From the NCBI GenBank assembly GCA_002633005.1, contig NMRA01000207.1, positions 646,634 to 697,779 of the forward strand: a stretch of DNA of 51,146 nt, read 5' to 3'. Shown piece after piece: positions 25,001 to 37,000 of this stretch (within the stretch, counting starts at the first letter, position 1; each line of letters opens with the position of its first letter). This DNA comes from Phoronis australis. Taxonomy: Eukaryota; Animalia; Phoronida. A model generated the notes under the pieces. That model was not told the origin of the DNA, made no database searches, and was given only the letters and a program-made list of their open reading frames with translations. The position numbers and the translations under genes were made by a program.

Positions 25001-28000
25001 AAAGATTGCTGTTAATGAAAGCATCCGAGTGTGTGATCTGAAGGAGGAACCATGTCAGCCATTCAACAGACGCCATCGAAAAATAACAAAAACAATGGGC
25101 AAGATGCTAGGAAGAAAACTAACTCGATGTAAAGCAAAATACATAAAAAACGCAGTCAAATGTACTATTTTGAATAGCATGACACAATGCCACTCACTGG
25201 AGAGGATTATGAAGAGGCAACTAAATATTTACTAATGACAAGCTGCACTTTCAGTGGACATGATATAAGGTGGGAGTCAACCGAAGGTCACAATGGCTAA
25301 TGAACCAAGTTCATTAACAGTTGTATGGCACATAACTTAAGATAAAATCAGTCACAGCACTTAGCTTACCACATATAAAAGACGTTAGTGCAGAAAATGT
25401 TCAAATTTTCTAAAACATCAAACACAACTAAAACTTGTTAGCGCCCTCTGCAGCTAAATATTATTCATCAACTAAATTCAGAAAAGACTAAATCATCACG
25501 GAGAATAGAGATTGCGTGAACTGACCAACCCGAAATCCTCTTCAGTGTTGAGAGATGAGGCAGAAAGCCCAAGAGAGCTTCCCAGGCCTGGGTCTGAGTC
25601 AGTGTACAAAGACGACTTCTCACGATAAGACTCAGACCGAGACTTTGAAAGATCAATAGGACCGACCATACTGGGCGGGAGAGCCTGAGGGAAGGCGGGG
25701 GGCTGGGGTCGAGCCGCTTGTGACGAAGGCAAATAGTGAGTGGGTGAGGGCGAGGGTTGGTAAGGATGGGGGGAGGTAGGGCAGAGCTGATCTGAGGGAG
25801 AATGTAAGTCTCTACGATCGTACGAGGGCGAGAGTTCTTGCATGGAGCTGTAATGGGAATAGTTCAAGAAAGGGAAGGAGTGTTGCGATGGGTGATAGCT
25901 AGGCGAAAATTGGGACAAAGGGGATGGTCGGTGTGACTCGTGATACGGCGGAGCGGGGCAAGGGAAGACTGGCGGAGTCTTGTCTCGGACAGGCGAGTCA
26001 TAGAATGTCGGATAAACCTTACGAGGAGAGGAAGGTGTCCTTGAATGTGGAGACTGCAGACCAGAAGGTAAAGACAGGGGAGACGAGTACGGCGAGTTGG
26101 GCGAGGAAAGAGAAAACGAGGTGTGAGCCAGCTGCGGAGACGGCGACTGTTGGAGCGTGGATCGCGACGACTCGGACATAGACGGTATGAAAGGCGACGA
26201 TGCAGAGCCGAGTGAACGAGAGGAAGAAGTAGAAGAAGATGCAGCCATGTTGGAAGTTTGTGGTGAGTTATCAAGACTAATGACGACGGGACTCACGCAC
26301 CAGGGTGGATTGTGTTGTGACACGGGAGACAGTGTCCTGTCCATACTGCTGTCATTCTTGTCCGTCTCATCATCGTCGCCACCTTCATCTTCTGAAGAAC
26401 TGAGGGTGAGATCAATAACCTCTTGTTCTACCTTGCTCTGCTCCTCATCTTCCTCTTCAACAACTGTAAACGAGGGAGAGAGAATATTACACCAGGTGGC
26501 AGTAACTACACAGGATAAAGGAATTAGAGTAAAAGACAAAAGTAATCGGACAAAATACCACTATCTCATCATGACGGCTAATACTGTTAACAGCAAACAT
26601 TACAGATAATAATTCTAACTGAAGAATGGCTAAGCCATATTACTAACTTTCCTATTAAAATTCTCCTTCATTCTCAGTCATAAGAGAAGACTACTCACAT
26701 GATGAATTTGTATTCCGAACAGCCGTCATAACAAGGAATTCTGGGTTATTTTGTCTGAATACATTTGGCTTGTACTGTATATACACGCTGTTGTGTACAT
26801 CGTGAACAACTAATGTTCAATTTCTTGTATGTACTATGGAGGTTGCCAATCCGTTAGGCACCACCTCATGTCTAATACACACTGCAGCAACACATCATGT
26901 CTAATATGCAACAGGCTCGATTCTAATGACGGGATACAAATTGGGAGTAAATTTCACATCAACTGATTGAAAATGCAGCCAGTAACACAAGAAGAAATAA
27001 ACAAATTATATGGCACGGTAAACATACTATGCAAAATCTTGCCGTGTAACACTATGTCAAGAACAAATGTTTTGAGAGTTTCAAAGAATTACTTGTGACA
27101 GATTCGTCAAGCGGTTTCGACCCCATTTTGGCTGCTTCCATAGTCTCCGCTTTTTTGGCGGGGTCGTACGAGCTCCAAGAACCGTCCTCGAAAAACTGGA
27201 TCTCTTCAGAGTCACAGTCAGTCAAGATCTCCGTGAAGAGACTACAAGAATTGAAAAGCCTCGCTCTTACAAACACAGCAAACAACAGACAAAAAATTCA
27301 AAATCAACACTTTACAGTTGCTAGTAAAGGTTTAGACATCATCTAATTTCTCAATTTTTGTAAAGCAGATTAGTGACAGTGGTAATATGAAGTTTCATCA
27401 AGGAAGGGAAATAAAACCACAACAGAAATACTCTTAAATTATTTTCTACTTTAAAATACCTTTGTCTACTTTGAAAACAAGAACACAAACTCGGAGAGCT
27501 TTTAATTTAATTGATTAAATTATATTATAAACACTAAATTCCTACAAAGAGGCAAACTACAAGCCAAAGTACAGAAGCCAGAGTTCATAGGCACATAGAG
27601 TAAGCCATAGTTCATAGCTACATTGAGTAAGCCAGCTCCCCCTACCCGTCAATATGTAACTGTTCGTATGGACACGGTTTGTCGCACACAGGACAGATCC
27701 ATGTCGGTTTCCGTTCGTTCATCATGAGGTAGGTGGTGACGTCAAAACACTGCACGTGTGAACAGGATATTGCACGAGCTGGGATCTGTTGACGCATCTT
27801 ACCGAGCTATAACAAGAACACATGTACCGAGCATGGAATCACGCAATAATAAAGTGAAGTTCTTTGCAAGACCAAAATCACATCTCATCTAATAAAGAAC
27901 ACGTTGAGACCAATTTTACAGCGGTAATGGTCTAACTCGAAAACCTCGCTCCTTGGACGACATGTTGTTTATAGTCGCTTTAAACAGAGGAGCATTTATT

Positions 28001-31000
28001 CCTTAGTACCAGCTGGTGTACACAAACAACATGGCTGCCCTCAGATGGGGGCCTCCTACATCCTATATTAATAGAGGTATCAACATAACGGCTGCACACT
28101 TTTGAGGCTCAAAAATGTGTTTCTTACACAATGAATAAGTCATTTATTAAAATAAGTTGTTATAAATTAAAGGCTTACTGGACACTGTAGTGAAACTCGT
28201 AAACTCGTCATCGCAATTTCGCTGTCAGGATCAGGGGACAACTTTTCTTTTACTGAAAGGTAAAAACAAATCCACTTTCCATAGTCATCACATGATAACA
28301 AGGTCAAAATTATAGTTCTTTTGAAGGCCAACAGAAGTCTCCACGTTCCAACACAACAATTTTCAGCCACTGTTGCAATCAATAATGTTGTACATACTCC
28401 CATATCTACAACTTAAAATATCAAATTATACTGTGCAAGTGGAATTGTTAATTCCGTCTATCTTATGACATTTTTGGAATTTTGTGGTCAGCTGCACATA
28501 AACATGTTTAGAATCGGTGGTAATGTGTGGTTGATAACATGACATTGCAAAATCATCTCTAGGCTGTCATTACAAAGCCCACAGGTAACCTTGAGATAAC
28601 GCTACTCATTCTAAACCAACTAATCACAAGGGGTAATATTGTTCATCATGAAGTGATATTACTACCTTGCTGAACCCTTGTTTTCAGCATTGCTGAGAGG
28701 CTTTGAATTACAAGAACTATGAGTTATAACAAAGCTTTGATTTCTGTCAACAAATACCCCTAAATTTCTAATTAATAACAAAATGTACTTTGACAAAACT
28801 AGGTTGTCCGATGGCTGTCACTTTTCTGGGGAATGAATATCACATACAAAGAAATTCAGCTTAATTTTAATTTTAACTACCATATTTGCAAATCTAGACT
28901 AAGCAAACTGATTTAACAGTTGCTTGAATACTGAGGCAAAATTTTTCCTGGAAAATCAAAACGCACACCAGTAACTTCTTTTACGATGAACTGATAATTT
29001 GCTCAGACAGTGCATTTCACAACCTCAAATTGACCTCTTGACCCACCACATGCAGGTCAAAGGTCAACAGAAAAGGTTGCCCAATCTACATGCTTGACTG
29101 GTTTCAATACCCCTGCACTTTCATCACAGCATGAAAACGAAACAAATTACAAAAAATGCTCAGCTTGCAACCACCAACCACTTGGCTCATTGAGTACTGG
29201 AGTTAGAGACTTCATTTGGATCTTAGTGACAAACATTAAACAGGCAATGTGCACATCCATTTTTCATACTTCCTCTATATAGGTAAATACAATAGATGAT
29301 GACATTACTCCCAGGATATCAAAACATTTACTAGCTGAGCAACCAATGATGTCCACATTCTATGAAAATGTTAGCAATCTTAAAATAATATAACACAGGG
29401 CTTGGAATGGCCAATGACAAAAAACGCGGAAACTTTTGCGTTTTACGGCCCAAATCATGCGTGCTACCCAACCTTCGATGTGAACCTTTCCCCGACAAAA
29501 ATCGGAAGGACTGAAAAAAAAAACGTTACCACCATCAGTAGCATGCGTCTGCGTCCTTTTAGCTCGTCGGTCCACTACCAATCCACACATTTTTGGCTGC
29601 AGAGCCGTAGTACTTGTCACCGCGGTTTACAATAACACGAGGCGCCATTGAAAATCCCACCACGCCATCCCAGGTGCCCCGGCAATGTTGACAATTTACG
29701 TTTCTCCGAAAAATAAAGAGCAACTTCCGCTTTTCGAGGGGAACGTCGTCTGCAACGCCGCGGTAAGAAAGGAATTTGCCACGGAAATTTTAGATCAAAT
29801 TCGATTATTTTACGCGGAAATATAATAACATGCGCGGACAGAACATTTGAAAAAAGCGGAAATCCTCGTTTCCGCGGAAAATTCCAAGCCCTGATAACAG
29901 CCGACACCTGAAAGGCGTGGGAATATTAGCAGAAATTCTGCAGATAACATTGTTCAGGACCAAAGTTTGCAGCGTCTTGCGTGGAAATTTAACATCGGCT
30001 GCTGTGGCAAACTCTGCAATAAATCGCATATTTTCAAGACAAAAAAAGAAACCCCCAATCACATAAGCACGAAGGAACCAGTTCCAGTTTAATTTTGCTC
30101 CTCTTAGCTGGCTAAACATCCAACAAACATTCTACTCACATATCATAACATTCCTTATGGTGATAATTTCTGAAAAATATTTTTCTTGCTAAGAACGTCC
30201 CTTTTAGTTGAAAAGTTACCAGCACGACTGCATGCTGAAATTATACTTACTCATGGCACGGGAGTGGTCGGGATGCCGGATCCCTTTGCTTTTCAGCCTC
30301 TGTAGCAAGATGTCAGAGTTGAGCTTTCTCACCAAGTTTATAGTCAAACAAAATCCCTACAAGGAAAAACACGATTTTCAGTGCAATCTTCTGAGCGAAA
30401 GGAATCGACCTCGTGACCAACTGTCAAGAGTTACACTTTTTGTTGATACAGTACACGCAATCTGGCAAATGACTCGAAATTCCCTCAGCGTGATTACTGA
30501 GCTGAGGCGGAGCTCAACGTTAATGCAACTATTATTGTTTAATCGAATTTAATTAACAAAAAGTCAGCAAAGTAAAAACATTGTGAGAAATTTGCTGGAA
30601 TGACGAGTCATAACATGGCGTTATCCTTCATTTTCGATGTAAGCGTAATTAGCTGTTACGACAGGAAATGGTACTTCTTGTTCAGTTGCTCTTCCCAGGT
30701 TTTCTTCCTTTTGATCTTCCAATTTCACGAAAGATTTAAAGCAAGATTTAGGCACCAAACTTTGCAAGTGCACACAAAGGCATAGTTAAAATCCTCACTC
30801 CATCAGAGAAACCAATTTTTCATTTAGACATATCACTATAAAACAGGTCTAAACCTGACTCTTATCCACATAAGAAGTGGTTTCTGGTCTTCACAAAATC
30901 CCTGTACAGCATGCTAGGCACACAAAACAACAGCAAACTCTGAGCACGTCTTCCCAAGGCCAGGAATATCGCACTTGAGCAAAGGATAATTTGTGAGCAA

Positions 31001-34000
31001 ATAGTTTCTGGGACAGGAGAATGGCTTACAGAAAGCTTAAGAGCTTTCAGCATTACAGGGCACGCCACCGTATAACTCAGTGCACTGGAAAACAGCCATT
31101 AAGTGGAATTCTAGACAAAAAAGTTGCAGGCAAGCAACTGTGAAGGAGACCCACCTTTGCAAACTCTGCCGCCCATGACACTGCTACATGGTTGGGAGTA
31201 GTGGGGCTGATACGACATAGGTTAGTGATATTGACCGGCCTACCCGGCCTCTTGGGCTCCACACCCGGCTTGTTGGTAGGAATGGGAGGCTGAAATGAAC
31301 AAGAAACCACGCGTAACTCTCGCAGGAGTGTAATAGTTGGTAGCAGTGAGAGGCTGGAATGAACAGAGAACCATGCGTAACTGTTACGGGACTGTAATAG
31401 CAAGTAGCCACTGAGATTTCCATACATTCAATGTAGTCACTAATTAAATCAACAAACACTTTCACTAATCCTATTCTCAATTATAAAAAATATTTCTTTT
31501 GTTCGATTTCTGTACCTAATACAGTTCAAACACATGAAGTCCAAGCATTTCCAATAATCTTCTCTACAGATGTGCAGTTTTGATAACCGAAAATGAAAAT
31601 CACAGTCAAACATAAGGCACACTTCAACTAACTTCTAGAAGAAAACGAGTCGCTTAAACAAAAATCATTGATGCCGCACCAACAGTTTTTCCATTGGTCA
31701 ACATGAAAGGAATCCTAGGTGCAACCATTGGTCAACACGAAAGGAATCTGAGGTACAACCATTGAGCAAGCCATCTGGTGTAAAACAATTGGCAATGTCG
31801 ACTGAGCAGTTTTGTCACAGCCAGTACGCTTGGATTATCAACCACAGTCGACCTGAGCTGGCTAATTTGAAATAATCAATGCTCCTTATCCTGACGGTTT
31901 CTCAACAGAGGGACAACATTGGCTAAGAAATGATCAACGACATCAAAAAGCGCTCACAGGTAACGTTGCTATTTTCCCATTCACTCTCACGCATATGCTT
32001 GACGGGAAGTTGTCAGCCTGATCACAACTGGTCTCCAGCAAACAAAACCTGGAAAGAATAATTGTAAGAATAAGAAGCAAAGGACACCTTTTGACTACAA
32101 GAAAAACTAATTTTAAATTTGTAACCAACACCAGCCTACTTCAGGATTTCCAACTTCACACAAAAATTTCCCGTCGAATTTTACGAAGCACGGTTGCACT
32201 AATCACTACACTGCATCTCAGATAGCGCATGTGGTGACCTTGCAACGACCTTGATCCACCACGTGCAGACCAGAGGTCAATTGACAAGGTCACCCAGTCA
32301 ACATCTACGACTGGTTTCAATACCCCTGACGTTTTCATCATTGATCGCAGTACTGGATAGCAAACCACTGTGTAAAGCATGTCAAGTAAAAGAACAAAAC
32401 TCAAAACACGTGGTCAAGAATTTACTGATAGCTAAGAGCTTAAGGAAGGTGTATGGCGCGCTCAAACAATAAACACCATGACCTCCATTTTGACTTCCCT
32501 ACAAACAAATGAATCAGAAGACCTGGGTACCTTGCCAGTCAGTCCGTTACAATAGTGTGAGCTATGTTAACATTCATGCTTCAAAACCAATAAATAATAC
32601 ATGACTTTGAAGGATTTAGATTTTCGTTTTTAAGTATGTTAGGTGACAATTCAGCAACCCAAATCTAATTTCCCAGAAGTCTAGTTTGATAATCAATACA
32701 CACTGACAATTCACTGGCAATCAGGCAGACATTGCATGAAAACAATGAGTCAAAAGACAGTTTACATTATTTTTAAATCTTTGTCAGTTAGAAGATAATT
32801 CAGTGTCTACCACAGACAAAGGACGAAGTACTCAATTGATTTTCTCAACCATGTTTGCAAATCTTTAGTGACTGTCTTAAAAGCACAAAGCCATGTTTGG
32901 AAAACTCTATGCCATGTTTGAAATCTTTCTACAATGGACTCAACCACGAGGCCTGCGTACGTCTGATGCATCACAACAGACATCAGACAACCTGCACTCT
33001 TTCCTTTGAAATCTTGGGCCACACTAGAAAAATTAGAATTTTGTCTGCTTTACCAGAAACATGCCTGCAACTGTGTTGTATAGACAGTGGCACGTGTTTT
33101 TTATCATTTTGCTGTAAAAAGGATTGTGCTCAGCAAATTGTATAGCTATAGCCAGAAAAAAGGAAGATTTTGACCTGAAAACACCGTCTGCAATTTGTAT
33201 TTTTGCTCAGAGAAAATTCTATGGATGCAAAGAATGTTCACTTGTATTAACTACTCTTTATTTCTAAGCGGATGCGCACCCACACAAACATACATATACA
33301 CGAACACACAAACACACAAACCTCAGTTGAATTTGTACAGTGTAATCTACTCTGGCCCCCGGGTGTATCTCACGACTCATAGCGATGTCTTGTGCCTGTT
33401 GAGGGGTCAGATGAAACATACAGAAGGACTCTTGAAACCTTGACGCCCCTCGAGGAACTAAAAGTTCAAAAGAAAAATCCTCAAAGAAGCACACAGATAC
33501 TCGTTTAAATCTTTAAACATGAAAAATGCTTTGTTTTGCTTCTGGAGCCTGTTTTATGAAATTAAAGTGACTTTGGGTCTCAAAACAGAAATTTGGTGTG
33601 CTCCAAGTTCTCAATTTGTGAGTAAATGTTTAGCTCAGTAATGAGCAGATGACAAAATTTATAGACAGTATGTCAGTATGTTGCAGTTATCTGTAGAATA
33701 TTCTAACAGACTTTGTGCTTTTGCTCAAATTTGATTTAATTATTTTTCAGAAATCAAAAATTCTGACTTATAATAAGTCTTAACACACCTTTCATGAAAC
33801 AAACCCCAGATTTCAAAAGTTAGCAGCAAAAACATGCTTGTGATCCTGCAAACTGCTGCTAAGTACATAAAACAGGAAGCCTTTACCAACACAGGTCACT
33901 TGCTCAGATAATGCATGTTATGACCCTGCTTTGACCCTGACCCACCACATGCAGGTCAAAGGTCAATATACAAGGACATCCAGCCTTCATAATTGACTGG

Positions 34001-37000
34001 CATCATTCCCCTGCATTTTCATCACAGCAAACATTAGAAAAAAACAATCGATTCTGATATCACCGGGAAACTTCTGTAGCACGTAGTTTTTTAATTTGGA
34101 TTTTCACAGCCTAATTTAAAAAGAATGTTAAAAGGTAAAGATAGCATGAAATTCTTTCTTAAAGCATTTAAAATTTGAAATGGTTACTAAACAACACAAA
34201 ATAACACAGTGGCTGGCCACAAATGAAAAGCATATGCACAACATACAGAATCTGGAGTTTTGTACAATTTAGGTAATCACCTGAGTGAACAGTGTCGTAT
34301 TTTCTAAAAACATTTTACCCTCACTCAAAACAGCACCCGTACCCAAACTAGTTGGTTTAACAAGTTCTCCGAGCACGTCATAAAAAGGTAGGGACTTGAA
34401 CCGAACGTCCGGGTGGACAGGCAGTTGCAACCTATTCTTGGAGAAGTCGACAGGAGCATCCAGAATGGTGCCTGAAATTAGAAGATCTTGTAGAGGCAGG
34501 GGAGATAAATACAATTCAGAATGACAGGGGAGACTAACCCAACTTGGAACGACTTGTTCTCATCCACAGTGCCGCGTTAACGACTAATAGTTAACAGTCG
34601 ATTAAAGTTACACTGACCACAACATCGATGGGTCAAACATCGCCAGCTCCAAACACACAGAAAACGAGAAGTGTTAACTTAATTATCACATTTTTGTGAC
34701 CGTCGCAGAATTAAGTGAAACAAAACAATCAACACCGGCCAGTGCGTGAAATGTGATGTCCAAAAGTAATTACGACACTACACAATCAGCGCTCAATGTA
34801 CCTTTAAAAACAGAATGATAAATACAAAGAAGCAGAATTGGTTCTTGTCAGTATCCCTAACCCTCTTCCCCCACCCCTCCGACTCATTTTGAGACCTGCG
34901 CTCAATGACAAAAATGCACCCGCCCGCATCAATTTCAGCCACGGACACACATAAGTTGCGTCATTCAAGGTGAATTGACTATGTTTTGCTCAGATAGTGC
35001 ATTTCACAACCTCACATTGATTGCTTGACCCACCACGTGCAGGTCAATGGTCAACAGAAGAGGTCGCCCAATCTACACGCTTGACTGGTTTCAATACCCC
35101 TGCACTTTCATCACAGCGTGAAAACAAATTAAATGAAAGCGCTCCGAGGAGCGAAACTTGGCAAAATTAACCAAAAAGATGACGATAAAGATGATGACGA
35201 AGATGACGCATGTGACGATGATGGTGGCGAGGATGAACAAAAGAACTGAAGTAATAATAACATACACATGACAAACGTAGAAGTCCGAAATCAGTAAGAA
35301 AAAGGCTACAGTCTTGAGCGACACTTGGCGAAATTAACGGAAAAGACAACGACGGAGATGATGACGAAGATGATGACGAAGATGATGACGAATATGATGA
35401 TGGTGGTGGCGATGATGAACAACATCACAACATTCATATGACGAACTTAGATTTCATAAATCAATAAGAAATAGGCTACAGTCTACTTCAATAGAAGATA
35501 AACCAACATCAATGCAGCAAGAGCGCTCAACAAAGGAACAGCGTTATCAGAAAATCTCAAATAACTCGAAAAGTAGACGTCCTAGCGAAAAATGGAAAAC
35601 ATCTTCTGAAAGCCCATTCAAAATTCTATCTAAAGTGATGGTATCGCCTAATTCCGTAAATTTTTCGAAAAAAATGAAATTTTGCGTTTTTTTTAAGAAA
35701 TTCAAAGGCAAATAACTAGAAAACGGTAAGTCTGAGAAAAAAAAATGTTACAGGCCATTTGAAAGAATATACTTCAAAGAATCCACATGCAAAAAATCAC
35801 ATCTTTTTCTCTTCCCGTTTAAAATCGCACTCCAGCACGACTGAAAATGGGTCAACATGCGCCAGATCCGCCATCTTGAAAGCAACTTCCGGTTTTTTGG
35901 CTTTGTATAATAGCATGTCATAAGAAACTAGTACCTGTAAAAATTCGAAGGAATTGGTCTTATAATGCGCCCTCTACAGGAGAAAATGTTTTTAAGCCAA
36001 AATCGAGGTGCGCATGCGCGATCGCCGATATTTCCGCCATCTTTACCCGGAAGTAAAGAATTTCCGGTATACTTGTAGAAAACTTCCGGTCCATTTACTG
36101 TGCCGATTCTTAGCTTTTTACGTAAAAAATTGTAGCCTCCAGAAGCATTTGAACCTTTAAATGAAAACAAAATGGCCACCGCAGCCACCATCTTGGATCC
36201 AATTTTGACGAAAAACAATAGGCTTCCAGTACTTCCGGAAGTACGTGTTATGTGTGAATTTCGTGATGATCGGACGAAAATTGCAACATGTATCGTGCAA
36301 AAAAAAAACTTAGTGATAAGTAATAAAATGCTCAACTTGGAAACACTTGCGTGGTGGAGCACTCATGTCAGAAATACTATTTTGGGTGTGCTGTAAAGAC
36401 AAACATTAAACAAGCATAGCCAACCGACAGCATACAACCAATTTTTTATTTCAAGGGCATATTAGGTAAATTACAGTGAATAGCATTCTGTGCAAAAATC
36501 AAATTAACATTATTGATCTGAGCAACCAGTGACATCAACACTCCATGAAAATGTTAGATTTTCAGAAAATAAAAAGAGACCAGAACTAACAGCCATATGC
36601 CTAATCTTGCCATTTTAATGACGTTTATCTTTGTTTTAAGCCTATTAACAGATAGTAACGTTAACTAGATGACTAAAACCTTTGCTGTGTTACCATCCAA
36701 GTCAGATCACTGAGTGGATCTCAAGTGAGTGATACAACAAGTGAGTGATACAACAAGTAAGTGATACAACACTTGAGTGATACAACAAGGGACACCGAGG
36801 CTTTGTGGCTTACTTATCGTGTGAGCCAGATGTTGAACAGCCATGCAAAGGCCGGACAGGACGCCCCAGCTAAGATGCATAGATTTGAGTCAGGGTGTCC
36901 ATTTGGATTCACAATGTTGCTTTTGGCCAAAATAGTAGAAATCTACTTGCAAGCGCACATGTGAAGATTGACATATCAAAATCCAACATTTTCGTTTCTT

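Larger units (their letters stand above)
29000..35125 (+). repeat. Four dispersed ~130-bp copies of one repeat (about 29000-29138, 32217-32340, 33901-34028, 34987-35125)
   Basis: Shared CTCAGAYA..GCAT...TGAYCCACCACRTGCAG...GGTCAA...GACTGG...CCCCTG..TTTCATCA, all in the same orientation. Confidence 0.8.

Noticed and set aside
26290-26296. Consensus-looking GTGAGT donor 4 nt past the chosen exon 12 donor
   Set aside because: Phase 0 would put exon 13 in a frame with a TGA, and I found no bridging exon
26157-26609. 150-aa acidic plus-strand ORF (and 25924-26181, 25864-26274)
   Set aside because: Antisense or alternate-frame shadows of the Ser/Pro-rich PIAS exon 12; no independent motifs or splice support
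27770-27790. IPARA instead of IPCRA in the SP-RING as a possible inactivating change
   Set aside because: That Cys is not one of the SP-RING Zn ligands; C-x-H and CPVC are intact
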